Notes under the pieces: generated by a model | What the model was told of the DNA's origin: nothing | Seen by the model: the letters and a program-made list of their open reading frames with translations, nothing else | Databases searched by the model: none | Shown: positions 40,101-55,100 of the stretch, one piece after another | Layout of the letters: each line of letters begins with the position of its first letter | Numbering within the stretch: the stretch's first letter is position 1 | Origin: Chiloscyllium plagiosum | Lineage: Eukaryota | DNA: 64,000 nt | NCBI RefSeq assembly: GCF_004010195.1 | Contig: NC_057749.1 | Coordinates: 16,881,750-16,945,749 of the forward strand | Direction: 5' to 3' | Program-made: the position numbers and the translations under genes

Positions 40101-43100
40101 GAAGACAGAGTTAAACACGAGGATAAGAATTTTAAATTGAGAAAGGAGAGCCAATGTACATAACTAAATACAGGGTTAATTTAAAAGTGGGACTTGAAAC
40201 TGATAAAGACACATACACTGAGATATGACCAAGATTTTGACAGAGGATTTGGAAAGGAGTCTCTCAAATAAAACCTGAAGAAAGGAACAGTCAATGATGG
40301 AGGATATAATGAAGGGATCCTTATCAATCCAGGTCTCGGCCCTGCTCCAATGAACTGAAGCATGTGGTTGGCACAGCCTGTACCTGATGTTGATGCTGGA
40401 TGCCTGAACTCTGTTTCATTAACCTGCATCAACATTAGTCAGCTGAATGAACATAAAAAAATTAAAAAGATCCACATTAAAAACAAAAAGCAGATTCCAG
40501 AGAAATTACACTGAGGGACACACATCTAGGAACAGTCAATTGAGGATTCTGCAGATGTGCTATAATGTCCTTCGGATACGAAGGGAAGAGTTACATCCTG
40601 CAGGCTGACCTCAACTCCATCAGCTGCAGACCTTTACAGAGACTGGAAAGGTTTATGGAAAAATCCATGGCCTGAACTTGCCCAACTTACTCACTGAAGG
40701 AATACACGTGCAGGCTACAGCTGTCACTGAATGAATAACTTCACACAGTCTGTTTCTTTTTTAAGCAAAAATTCTATTCAAACTCAATTGCCCTGTTCGG
40801 TCTGTTCTTTAGAGTTGGAGAAAGAAAAAAAAATGAATATCAAAAGTTAAACACAAGTATTACAATTAAAGTCAGACGAAAATTAATCATCCACTGTTGT
40901 TTTAAATTCGGACAGTTGGTGATTTCAGTGATTTCTGGATGGTCTAGGCTATGCTGAGTGGAGGAAGAGTATCCAGTAACTTCAAGAACACTTCAAATCA
41001 TTTCACACTTGAACATTCACCAAAATGTTCTACCCCCAGCTGGTACATGAAACCTCATGGTGGACATACAGACAGCTAACACTCCTAACTAGTCCAGACT
41101 TGGTATTCAGTCCCTCGTTGAGACCACGTGGCGTGTGAATGTATTAGGAGGAAGGGAGGACCGCAGATGCTGGTGATCAAGTCAAAAGGTGAGGTGTTAA
41201 AAAAGCACAGCAGGCCAGGCAGCATCTGATAGCAGGAGAGTCGACGTTTCGAGCATAAGCTCTTCATCAGGAAGGCTGCAATTTTCCAGCACCATACGTT
41301 TTGATGGTGTATGAATTTATACTAATGTTAAAGCTGATCCTTTGAGATTAATAATCTAAAAATGTCTTAAACTAATGGCCATGAATTCTAAATAATTTTA
41401 ACCACTACTAAGGTTCAAGTTTGTTTTAGAAACATACTAAATATAAAAACTGATATTCTAGGAAAATTGAGTCCAACTCATTCAACTCCAACTGATATCA
41501 GGCCTTTTTTTAAAAAAGGCCTGAAAAATTGTGAACAAAGACACACACAAACTTACAGGAAGATCAATACTTGGACATCAAGTAGAAAAATCTTTCAGAG
41601 TCCCAATTCCAGAAATATCCCAACCTCAGTCACTCATGAGATGAGGTGGTGAGGGCTAGGCCTGGCCTTCCTTTCTGTCCCAAATTGTCATCATGAAGGC
41701 GATGGTGAGCCATCTTCTTCATCCGATTTATTATTGTCACTTGTACTGAGATACAGTGAAAAGTATTGTTTTGTGTACTAACCACAAAAATCATACCTTA
41801 CATAAAAGGCGGCACAGTGGCAGTGGGCGGCACAGTGGTTAGCACTGCTGCCTCACAGTGCCAGAGACCTGGGTTCAATTCCTGCCTCAGGCAATTGTCT
41901 GTGTGGAGTTTGCACATTCTCCCCATGTCTGCGTGGGTTTCCTCCGGGTGCTCCGGTTTCCTCCCAGAGTCCAAAAACGTGCAGGTTAGGTGAATTGGCC
42001 ATGCTAAATTGCCTATAGTGTTAGGTGAATGGGTAAATGTTGGGGAATGGGTCTGGGTGGGTTGCTCTTCAGAGAGTTGGTGTGGACTTGTTGGGCCGAA
42101 GGGCCTGTTTCCACACTGTAAGTAATCTAATCCAATAAGTACATCAGGATAATTGAACAAAATGAAGAATATAATGTTACAGCTACAAAGAAGGTGTGGA
42201 GAAAGATCACCTCTAATACATGAGAGGTCTGTTCCCAAGTCTGATAACAGCAGGGAAGAAGCTGTTCTTACATCTGTTTGTGTGTGTGTGTATTCAAACT
42301 TTTACATCTTTTGTCCAATGAAAGAGGATGAGAGAGAGTATAATCAGGGAACGAGGGGTCTTTGATTATGTTGGCTCCTTTCTCAAGGCAGCAGGAAGTG
42401 TAGGAGAGAGTCAATAGAATGAAGGCTGGTTTATGAAATGCACTGGGCTGTGTTCATAACTCTCTGTAATTTCTTGCAGTTGTGGGCAGAGTAGTTGCTG
42501 TACCAAGCTGCGATGAATCCAGATAGGATGCTTTCTCCGGTGCATCTATAAAAATTGGTAAGAGTCATTGTGGACATGTCGAATTTCCTTCGCCTTCTGA
42601 GGAAGTCAAGGCATTGGTGTGCTTTCTTGACTGTAGCATCAACATGGATTGCTGGTGACATTTACTCTCTGGATCTTGAAGCTCTTGACCATCTCCACCT
42701 TAGCCCCATTAATACAGACAGGGGCATGTCCTCCACTCCGCTTCCTGAAGTTCGATGACCAGCTCCTTTGTTTTGCTGACACTGAGGGAGAGATTGTTGT
42801 CTTTACACCACGCCGCTAAGTCCCTATCTCGTTCCTGTACTCTGCCTCATCATGGTGTGAGATCTGACCCACTATAGTGGTGTCATCAGCAAAACTGTAA
42901 TTGGAGTTAGAGCTGAATTTGGACACGCAGTTGTGTTTGCATAAGGAGTACAGCATGGGGCTGAGTACGCAGCCTTGGGGGGCACAGGAGTTGAGCATTA
43001 CATTGAAGAGTTGTTTTATCTATTCTTACCGATTGTGGTCGATGGGTCAAGAGGTCAAGGATCCAGTTGTAGAGGGGGGAACAGAGTCTGGGTCTCAGAG

Positions 43101-46100
43101 CTTGGAGATGTGGTTTGATGGAATTTTGTGTTGAAAGTGCAGCTAAAGTCAATAAAAATGAGTCTGACGTAGGTGTTCTTATGATCTAGATGTCCCAGCG
43201 ATATGCGTACAACCTGGAAGATGGTGTCTGCCCTGGACCTATTATGACAATAGCTGAATTGTAAAGGACCAAAGCAATCTGGGGTACTGGAGTTGCCGTG
43301 TGCCATTGCTAACACCTCGAAGCACTTCATAATGATGTGTGTTAGAGTCACCGGGGAGTAGTCATTGAAGTACGATGCTTCATTTTCCTTTGGCACTAGG
43401 TTGTTAGTGGTCTTCTTGAAGCAGTTGGATACCTCACATTGTAGTAAGGACAGGTTAAAGATGTCTGTAGGTCTGGGCAGGATTTGAGTGCACAGCTGTC
43501 ACTCCATCTGGGTCAGTTGCATTCAGTGGGTTCACCCTCAAGAAAGCCGATCTAACGTCTGCAGCAGTGACTGTGGGTACAGGTGTACTCAAGGCTACTG
43601 GAACAGGCAACATCATGAAGCATCACAGTCCATGCGTAGCTAGACCCAGTGCGCTGTTAGGGACAGGAAGGTTTCACAAGTTTGACCAGTGACAGTGGAA
43701 GAACACCGATACATTTCCAAGTCAGGATGGTGTTGGACTTGAGAAGAACTCAGAGTGAATTTAGTTGAGACCACAGACAATAGCTGAGGCCTAACCTCCT
43801 ATGAAAAACAGTTGACTGCTTTACAATTGAGTGCAAGGATTAGGGAGATTCAGCCTTTGTATAAAAAATGTTGGACAAATGTTTTGTTTTGTTCTCTGAA
43901 CACAAAGCGATGATGTGAGTCATGTTGAACTGCGTCACAGGAGCGAATTTAAATTCAGCTCTTGGAAGTAATTCTTCTGCAAAAGGTGACAAATGAACGA
44001 TGCATGTGACAAAAAATCCATGAAAGCTCGATTTTTAAAAACTTACTCACTGCAATATCCATAACTCTAGACCCTATATATATATTTGGTTTGGCACTTT
44101 CTCTTAATATATGGTCTTGGCGCATAAGTGATCTCCTCTGTTTTATCCCAGTCTCCGACAACTGCAACTGTTGATGGAATTTATGAATAAATGCCACAGC
44201 AAGCAAGGCAGGAAATGTGGATTAATCATTCCTCGCCAAGAGATGTTGAAGACAAGGAACAGAGAGAATTAAATAGCTTCAGAATCTACAAAACAGTTTT
44301 CATCTATGAAACGCCGAGTCAAATACTGCACACACACAGCTTGAATGGCAAAGCTCAGAAGTTAACAAAAATAGGGTAGATAACAGATACTTCATATTGC
44401 ACTGCATTTACAGAAACCTTAGTTCCTTGAAAATATATTTCTGAGCAAAGGTAAACAGTGAGACGCTGCCTTGCAGGAAATATTGCATCAACATTACTGA
44501 GTGACTTCAGCTACATAGTAAATCACCAATTAGTGAACTTGACTCATTTTCTCCTTTATTCCTCTACAGACAGAGACACAAACCACATTCTGAAACATCC
44601 TTTGAGATATGTCGGTTTTAATGGGACCAGTGCACAGTCACTGTAACAACTTTAGAGTAAGCGGCTTATTTAAACACTGCCTCCAAAATTTATTTCAAAT
44701 TTAGGTGTCTTTTTTCTGTTGAGATTAAATAATGGGATGTTCATGTCTCTCTGTGATACCGTCAGTTTTGCACATGCCAAGAATCTGATCCCAAAGTTCA
44801 ACTTGTCTTCTAATAGCTCATATATAAACAAGTCCCTGCTCTGGCCCCCACACCCACTCACAACACAAGCTAAAAGGCCTCAATACTTCTGTCTTTCCAA
44901 AGTAAAGAAGTGAACAGTATTTTTTAAAACCACATATCAACAACTGCACCAATGCTTGAAAATTGAATGGACTGAGCATGTTGCAATAATATAATAAATA
45001 CCAGACAATTCACTTTTCAACTGAGAGAGATGCACTCCCCACTATAGTACTAGAGCTACCCAAGCATGGGAAGATCTAACTTGATTTCCATTTGTACCAA
45101 TGTAAGCGAGGCTGCCCTAACTGGTCCAGAGGTTTGTCAATCAAAGAGCTTGCCCCTCAACACGAGAGGAAGTCTTGCCTTCAATCCTTAATAAGATCCC
45201 AGTGATTCCTTTGCTCGAGAACAGGACTGGGGCATTGACTCCGGGAAACACTGAGCTTGACCAAATTGTTCTTCCATATTCAAACCTCTTGCTAAAGTAG
45301 GGAGGGCTGCTCATCGACCAACTGTAGCGGGAGACACATGAAGAGGTGGGCAGTACTGGGGATAACAAAAGGAGAGAAAACCTTGCTCAGTCTTACTTCT
45401 GAATTCAGTCAAACAATTGTGGGTGCAGATTTGAGCCTGGTTCAGTAACTCATTGTCCTAAACTGTAGGATCAGAAATGTACGATGAACTCAAGGGGATT
45501 GAGTGGGGAAACCCAGAAAGAAAGATAGATCTGCACTGCTATATTTTCTAATCAACCTGTTCAGGGATGATGTTACACACCTCTGGAGCAGGTGGGACAT
45601 GAACCCAGGTCTCTTGGCTCAGAGATAGGGGCGCTACCACTAAAGCACCTTTCATAACCACAGCATGTTCAAAGCACTTTCCAGCCAATATTTTATGAAG
45701 TGAAGTCAATGCTGTGATGCAGAAGATGCAGGATCCAAATTATACACAGCAGGCTTCCACAAACAGGAAAGTCATAATGAAGAGATAATCCATTTCAAGA
45801 GTTGGCCAAGAGATAAAAAAATATTCACCCAGGACACTAGAATTCTTCTGTTCTTCTTGGAAATACTGGCCATGGGATCCATTTTACTTTCCTTTACTTT
45901 AATACTTCATCCAAAAGATGGCATTTTGGAGGCCTATCCCAGTGCTGCACTGCTAGTGACAGAGACAAAAACAAAAGCAGATACTGGAACCCAAAGTAGA
46001 TAAGCAGGAGGCGAGAAGAACGCAGCAAGCCAGGCCGCATCAGGAGGTGGAGAAGGCAATGTTTCTGGTGTAACCCTTCTTCAGGACTGGGGGTGGGTGT

Positions 46101-49100
46101 AAAGGGAGCTGCAAATAAAGGGGTGGTGGGTGCAGGGTAGTTATAAAGGGGTGGCGGAGGCAGACTGGTCTACACCTATCCTTACTTCACCACCCTGCCT
46201 CTGCCACCCTCTTTATAACCACCCTGCCCCTGCCACCCCCTTTATAACCACCCTGCCCCGTTACTCCCTTTATAATCACCTTGCCCCTGCCATCCCCTTT
46301 ATAACCACCCTGCCTACACTCGAAATATCGCCTTCTCCACCTCCCGATGTTGCCTGGGTTGCTGTGTTCTTCCAGCCTCCTGTCTGTCTGCGCTGCTAGT
46401 GAAATCCTGGATTGCACATTCAAGTCTCTTCAATGAAACTTAAATTCAGAATGTTCTTACTCAAAGGCGAGAGAGTTACATGAAGCCAAGGCAGACATCG
46501 AGCAGTTAACATTTAGCAGCAATGTACAGTATACTTGGTCAGGAGGTCAGGTCATTCCCAAGAACAGTGATGAAAGAGTGTCAGATCCTGGCTGAAATGT
46601 AAGATTCTGGAAGTTGAATTGTAAGGCTGTCCTTTGTGCAGTCTCAAAATAAACTCTTTTAATTTTGGCATAAATATGTTCTGATTGGGCAGAGTGCACC
46701 TCTGTCGCATCCAGCAACATGGTCACTGCTGGATGGTCTGGCTGGTTTTACTCTTTAGTTTTACGTATATAGTTATAGTTCTGTGTAGGAGTTTACCAGA
46801 ATGGCCATTTCAGAGAACAGTTGAGAGTCAACCACATTGACTGAAGGTCAGGACCACAAGTGAAGACAATCTGATTCTAGCTTTTTGATTCCAGATTATT
46901 TAATTGGCTGAATTTAAATTCCTCAGGGTGACGTGGTGGGAGTTAAACGTGTTTAGCTAAGTTATTAGGCCAGAATTGTGGATTACTAATCCAGTAGCAT
47001 ACCTACTATGACACCATAAGCATTAAGGGCAATGTGGACAAGGAGCTTTATCTAATACCTAACATATGCAGTGCCTGGCCTGGGAGTATCTGACTTAGTG
47101 AGGAAAGTCCCTCCATTTCCCAAGCACCAATATCGCTCAACCTGGAGTATGGGCTGAAAAGCCTTTGTTTGATGACAAATTTTCAAAGTAAAAAAGTTGT
47201 TTTAAGTTAGGGAGTGGAGACCAAAATATAAAAATTGCAGGAAGCTGGTATTAACACATGGAGATCTTATCAGATGGAGCACAGCGCTGTCAGAAAGGGA
47301 GGCAGGAACAGCATGTACGTGTTGCAGGTCAAAGATCTGACTTAATGATAAATCACGCAGATCTGTGAAACCGACAGCTCCACTGAATAAGATTTTATCT
47401 TGAGTTGTTTTTAAGTTTTTCAGACGGCAATGAACCAGAATATCCTGTCAATATTCCTCATCACATTGAAAGTAACCATGATACAGGAACTCCCAATGAT
47501 AAGGGACACACATTCTTTTAGTCACTAAAGTACAGAAATGTGTCTTATGTTCACGGTGATAGGGGTTCCACATAGTCTGGTTATCAAATCTTGTCCTCCA
47601 GTACCTCACTATCCTCCTACTGAGTCCAGGCCCTGTTTCATGTACACTTTCAGGCACACACTCCTGGATAAATCATTTTCATTTTCATCCCACTGGGATG
47701 TGGTATCATAAAGAATGAAAACAAGCCATTCAGCTGAACCAGTATTGGCATATATACTTCACTGGAGCCTCCTTCTCATCATTGAATTCAACCAGAAAAC
47801 CAGTCAACTTCCTCACCCTCATTAGCTTATCTGGATTCCTCATAAATTAATCTATGCAAGCTGCCTCAACTTCTCTATGTGGTTGCTAGTTCCACGTTTT
47901 CAATACTCTTTGAGTAAACAAGCTTCCCCTGATTTCCCAATCGAATTTATTAGTGACTGCCTTATCTTTATGCCCCTAGTTCTGATTTCCCTCATAAACA
48001 GAAGCATCTCCATATCTGTCCTTCCACTATAAAATAAGACACACTCAATCTTTCCTTGTCCAAGAGAAAAAATGCACAGCTTGTTTGACCTTTTCTGATG
48101 TTATATCCACTCCATTCTGTACACCTTTTTTTTTGCACCTTCTTGTCTAACAAATACTTTATAATATAACCTCCTTTGATTCAATTCTAACAAGCTAGAA
48201 ATCCGAATTGCTTGTTGTACTTTATGAAAAAAAGCTTATTAACTTGCATCACTAGTTTTGGTGATTTGTGCATCTGTACCACCCATGAGATCCATTCCCT
48301 CCTCAGCTCCCCTTTAGAGACTCCATTGTCCAAGAGATATATTGAGTAATACAGCATGGAAATAGGCCCTTTGGTCCAATCAGTCCATGTCGACCATGTT
48401 TCCAAACTAAACTAGTCCCACCGACCTCCTACATTTGGACTGTACTCCTTCAAACCTTTCCTTTCCAAGATCTTATCCAAATATCTTTTAAACATTGTAA
48501 CTGTACCTGCATCCACCACTTTCCCTGGCAGTTCATTCAACACATAAACTACTCTTTGTAAAACAATTTGCCCCTCATGTCCTTGTTAAATCTTTCTCAT
48601 CTCACCTTAAAAATATACATCTTCTTTTTGAACTCTTCCACCCTAGGGAAAAGACCCTTGTCATTCACCTTATAGAGTCATAGAGATGTACAGCACACAA
48701 ACAGACCCTTCGGCCAAACCCGTCCATGCCGACCAGATATCCCAACCCAATCTAGTCCCACCTGCCAGCACNNNNNNNNNNNNNNNNNNNNNNNNNNNNN
48801 NNNNNNNNNNNNNNNNNNNNNNNNNNNNNNNNNNNNNNNNNNNNNNNNNNNNNNNNNNNNNNNNNNNNNNNNNNNNNNNNNNNNNNNNNNNNNNNNNNNN
48901 NNNNNNNNNNNNNNNNNNNNNNNNNNNNNNNNNNNNNNNNNNNNNNNNNNNNNNNNNNNNNNNNNNNNNNNNNNNNNNNNNNNNNNNNNNNNNNNNNNNN
49001 NNNNNNNNNNNNNNNNNNNNNNNNNNNNNNNNNNNNNNNNNNNNNNNNNNNNNNNNNNNNNNNNNNNNNNNTTCACTATCCTATCTACCTGCGACTCCAC

Positions 49101-52100
49101 TTTCAAGGTCTCTTTCTTCAGCACCACTCCCTATGACCTTACCATTAAGTGTATAAGTCCTGCTAAGATTTGCTTTCCCAAAATGCAGCACCTCGCATTT
49201 ATCTGAATTAAACTCCATCTGCACTTCTCAGCCAATTGGCCCATCTGGTCTAGATCCTGTTGTAATCTGAGGTAACCTCCTTCTCTGTCCACTATACCTC
49301 CAATTTTGGTGTCGTCTGCAAACTTACTAACTGTACCTCTTATGCTCGCATCCAAATCATTTATATAAATGACAAAAAGTAGAGGACCCAGCACCAATCC
49401 TTGTGGCACTCCAGTGGTCACAGGCCTTCAGTCTTAAAAACAACCCTCCACCACCACCCTCGGTCTTCTACCTTTGAGCCAGTTCTGTATCCAAATGGCT
49501 AGTTCTCCCTGTATTCCGTGAGATCTAAGCTTGCTAATCAGTGTCCCATGGGGAACCTTGTCGAACGCCTTACTGAAGTCCATATAGATTACATCTATTG
49601 CTCTGCCCACGCAAAAAGCCATGTTGACTATTCCTAATCAGTCCTATCAATACCTCTCCACTTCCAATGCGCCAGTGAAAAACATTCCAGTCTATTTTTA
49701 TATCTGAAAATGTCCATTCTTTCCAGTTTAATAATATCAGTCTTATAACAGGGTAGCTAGAACTACACACAGTACTCCAAAAGTGACCCCAATATCCTGC
49801 ACAACATCAACATGACGTCCCAATTCCTACATTTAATGATCTGAACAATGAAAGGCAAGCGTGCTAAATGCTCTCTTAACCACACTGTCTGCCTGCAATA
49901 TGTATTATTCTTTTGATAAAAATGCACTAGTTCACACGACCAACACTGCAATTAATTTGTCGCACTGTAATGGGAGTTTAGATATCAAGCTCCCTTCCTT
50001 GATTGAAACAGGTGCCAGTGCATGAAGCACCAGATTTACAACTATATGATACAAACTGTAACCTCACAAGTGGCCACAGTGAGACTTGAACTCAACCACA
50101 CAGTCCTTGGTTCATGACCATAAGCCATGCTTGTATCTGTGAAAAGCATTAGGAAGGCTGATTTCCCTGGGATAGTATCACCTTGCTCGGCCCAGACCAT
50201 GCATTAAAACCCTTCGTAACCACCCCATCCCCAAAAACACATTCTTGCTGCTCAGTGTGAATCAGGAGAGTGATGTCTTTGCCTCATCTAGGGCAACCTG
50301 TGTTAACAGTAGGTCATTAAATAGAAGCTGATGAAAATGTCAAAATTGCCAGACACATGGTGGTTAATTTAGAAACATCACAAGGCACTGAACTGACAGT
50401 CAATCACCAAATCCGACAGCAGAGTATCAGAAAATCTGAATCATTTTCACACCATTGAGGTGATAATATTCGATTCCGGTTACCATCCCCAACCAAACAG
50501 GAAATGCCACTTGACAATATTTCAGCAGTCACACAGCTCACACGTGCAACACAAAAATATCCCATTTCTTACTGTTAAAAAAAATCATAATATCAAAGTT
50601 CAAAGTTTGTGAGAAGATTTGTAGCTCGGGTGCTCGTTGCTGTGGTTCTGTTTGCCGAGCTGGAAGTTTTTGTTGCAAACGTTTCGTCCCGTCTAGGTGA
50701 CATCCTCAGTGCTTGGGAGCCTCCTGTGAAGCGCTTCTGTGGTGTTTCCTCCGGCATTTATAGTGGTTTGTCCCTGCCGCTTCCGGTTGTCAGTTTCAGC
50801 TGTTCGCTGTAGTGGCCGGTATATTGGGTCCAGGTCTATGTGTTTGTTGATGGAGTTTGTGGATGAGTGCCATGCTTCTAGGAATTCCCTGGCTGTTCTT
50901 TGTTTCGCTTGCCCTATAATGGTAGTGTTGTCCCAGTCAAATTCATGTTGCTTGTCGTCTGCGTGTGTGGCTACTAGGGATAGCTGGTCGTGTCAAAGTG
51001 CCTTTTCAATAACAAACAGGTAAACTGTAAGTCCTCTGTGGATGTTGGTAAGCTAAGGGAAGAGGTCAGCTAGCATTCCTGTTTCTGCTAGGCAAGTATG
51101 CACAAACAGTCACACGAGGTCAGGACAGCATGATACCTCCATCATCAGACTGTACACACTTTCCAGCTGTAGTTGATAAACACTGACTGTATGTAACACC
51201 TGATTTTCTCTCTTCACAGATGCTGAGGCCTACAGTTGCTTGACAGTGGCTAACTAATGTAGAAGTGTTCCGGAATAGTACCTGCTGCTCTCCGGGCAGT
51301 GCACTTCCTACTGCTAAAATTATCTTGAGGTGCAGATAGGACAACAGAGCATTCTCTTCAGACAGTGCATGAAACATTCTTTATAAAGGGGTCTTGGCTC
51401 AGTGAGTCAGCACTCCTGCCTCCGTGGCAGACAGCAGTGGATTAAAATCCCAATCCAGACATTTCAACTGCACAAATAAGGTTGACATTTCAGTGCGGTC
51501 TTGAGGGAACACTACATTGCCAAGAATGTCATCTCTCAGAACCTGCCTGTCCTCTCAAGTAGAAGGAAATAATCCCATGGCACTATTTCAAAGAAGAATG
51601 GGGGAACGCTCCCTGGAATCATGGTCAGAATGCATCTTTTTTAATAACAACTTGCTGTTTGTGAGAGCTTTGTGTGTGCAAATTGTTGCACATTCCTTAT
51701 GTTATAACAGTGATGATACTTCATCGGTGCTTTTAGAATCAGAGATTCATAAAATCCCTACAGTGTGAAGGTAGGCCATTCGGCCCATCGAGTCCACACT
51801 GAACCGGCGAAGAGCATCCTATCCACCTACCCTATTCCTGTATTTCCATGGGTGACCCACATACCTGTACATCCCTGATCACTGCAGGCAATTGAGCGTG
51901 GCCAGTCCACCTAACCTGCACACCTTTGGACTGTGGGAGGAAACTGGAGCATTTGGAGAAAACTCACGCAGACATGGGGAGAACATACAAGCTCCACTAA
52001 GATGGAAGCTGGAATCGAACCTGGGGTGCTGCTGTGAGGCAGTATTGCTAACACTGAGCCACCGTGCTGATTAACTGGTTGCAAAATGCTTTGAAATATC

Positions 52101-55100
52101 CCAAGATTTGCAAATGCAAAACCTTTCTTTTAAAGATAATAGATTCAGTGTTTGACCAGAGAAAACAACGATGTGATGTAGTGGATATTCCCAGAGCTCC
52201 AAAACTCTACTTAAAAATGTGGTTAATTTCTTACCAAACCCGTTAAACTGTAGATTGTTATTAAGTATGCAGTGTAAAATATCTCACTCACAGGCAGCTG
52301 GAAGCACATGCATTTCAACACAGAAAGAACAATAGACCTCTCCCCTGTTAAACAGCTTCTCTTCTGAATTGGAAGTTCCTGGAGAACCTCAGCAGGTCTG
52401 GTAGCATCTGTGAAAGAGAAATCAAAGTTAATGTTTCAGGTTGAGAAGGGTCTGAGGAGGGGGGTCACCTGACCTGAAACATTAGCTTTGATTTCTTTTC
52501 ACAGATGCTGCCAGACCTGCTGAGGTTCTCCAGCAACTTGTTTTTCTTTCTGATTTACAGCAGCCACAGTTCTTTTGGTTTCACTTCTGAATCATGTCAG
52601 TTTTCCCTCAATTATTTCTGTATCACAGGTTTCAGTGATTAAAACTTATTGCACTTTAGAAATTCAATGAACTAATGCCAGAGATTAAATGGCTAAGGTT
52701 ACAGCAGTCAAACCCACAATTCGCAATTTCATGCTAATAGTTTCAACAAAGTTACAGAGCACGGAATTAGTTATGGACAGCTTAGATGTGAAACATCCAG
52801 ATCAAGAAATCAAAAACAGAAACTGCTGGAAAAGCTCAGCAGGTCTGGCAGCATCTGTGGAGAGAAATTGTGACAAGCTCAGAGGAAGGGTCATTCGACC
52901 CGAAACTTTAACTCTGATTTCTCTCTGCAGATGCTGTCAGACCTGCTGAGCTTTTCCAGCAATTTCTACTTTTGTTTCTGACTTACAGTATCCCGCAGTC
53001 TTTTACTCAGATCAGGAAGTCTCTGGTTCAGAGCTTAACTGGGTAGCAAAGGATGTGAGAAAGTAAAATTTCAACCCCTGAAGTCATGAGCTAAATGTGT
53101 GGGTTTCAAGTAGGAGGTTAAAACTGTGATGCTACTGACCAGGTGATGAGCCAAGTCTGGAAAGTGGAATTCCTGTTGACTTAGCAGATTTGTAAGCACA
53201 GACTTGATGGGTTGAAGAGCATCTTCTGTATTATCTGATTCTATGCATGACACACTAACAGGCCAGAAAAAGACTTTTGAATAGAGATCTTTAACATTTA
53301 CTCGACAGCCAAATCAGGTTTCAACCATCATTTGAAAGAGGACAGCTCTGACAATGCGGCACACACTCAGTACTGTCCAGCCTTAACTGCAACATCAGGT
53401 CTGGGAGTAGGACTGAACCTTCTCACTCAAGAGGCAGGGGGGACCACACCAATGAGGGGGGGGGAAGCTGGTACCTCAAATTCTGTAGCAGTTAGATTAG
53501 ATTAGATTCTCAACAGTGTGAAAACAGGCCCCTCGGCCCAACAAGTCCACACCGCCCCTCCGAAGAGAAACCCGCCCAAACCCATTGCCCTACCCGATAT
53601 TTACCCTTGACTAACACACCTAACACTGTGGGCAATTTAGCATGGCCAATTCACCTAACCTGCACATCTTTGGATTGTGGGGGGAAACTGGAGCACTTGG
53701 AGGAAACCCACACAGACACGGGGAGAATGTGCAAACTCCACACAGACAAGCGGGAATTGAACCCAGGACTCTGGTGCTGTGATTTAGATCAGGTTTTGCT
53801 CACAAACAAGTTTTTAGCCTTTCAAACTACGGTAAACAACAAACTATTTAATCACATACGCTATAGTTCACTTCAAAAATGGTTTTAGCTCCACTCTTTG
53901 ACTTTGTTTACTGGATTAGTCCATACCAAGAATTACTGGAAAAACCTGCTTTGAAGGCTGGGTTAAGAGTACATTTTAGCACAAAGACAGAAGAGGAAGA
54001 AAGAATCCAATGCAATTCAAGATACAGCAGCTCAAATGACACCAAGATTGAGTTCTAAAAGGCTGTGGATTGTGAGCTAAAGGGGAAAGTGTGAATAAGC
54101 GAGGAGTTCCTCAGGTTTAAGTATCTGGATAAGATGAATGAAAGCAGGAGACAGAGCACCAAGCTGTGAATTTCTTTTCTTTATTCTTTCGTGGATGCTG
54201 CCCATCCTTATTTGCCCTTAATGGCTTGCTTGGTGAGTTCTGAAAGCTACAGGAGTCAATGCTACTGCTGTTGGTCTGGAGTCATTGTCGGCCAGACTGG
54301 GTAAGGATAGCAGATTTCTTTCCTGTAAATAACATTAATAAACTAGATGGGTATTTAAGAACACGGTCACCATCACTGAGACTAGCTTTTTAATTTCAGA
54401 CTTCCATTAATTTAGTTTCAAATCTACCAGAAGCCATCATGGGATTGGAAAGCATATCCTTAGAGCTCAGTTTGGGTCTCTGGATTACCAGTTCACTGTC
54501 GTTACCACTACGTTGCAATGTCCCATTACTTATGTGTGAAGATGGAGGAGGAAGTCACTGATTGCTGTCATGCAGGAGGTAGTCATTTAGCCTACTGTAT
54601 CCACATTGGCTCTCTGAGCATTTTGTCTAAGTGCTGAACTCCTACCTTTCTCCCTGCACATTGGATGGTTATTTGGATAGAAACAATGTTTTCTTGAATG
54701 CCTTAATTGAATGTGCCTCCACGGGTTTTCCAGGCAATGCATTCCAAACTTGGATCACTCCTGGGAAAATATGACTACAAAAGTCAGTAGTCCCTCTAAT
54801 TTATTTTCCAGGGTGCGGACCTCCAAGGTCCACGTGCAGTAGCAACTTCTGAAATCAGAAGCCAGTGCAATGGCACATCTCTCACCCAGTGCAAGAACTC
54901 AGAAGAACCTTCAAGTAGCTGGGTAGCTCAGGGGGAACACAGATAACTATAACTGAGAGGAATGACAGAGAATGAGAGTTCAGCAAAATTTTTTTAAAAA
55001 TCATGTCGTAAGTAGCAAAGGGGCCAAGACTGACTGCCAGGGGGTCAGTTTTGACTTGAGTCATATGACTTTAGACAAATTAAATGGTTATGCTCAATTA

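Noticed and set aside
48678..49156. ORFs of 149-156 aa
   Set aside because: They run through the N gap inside a CR1 copy.
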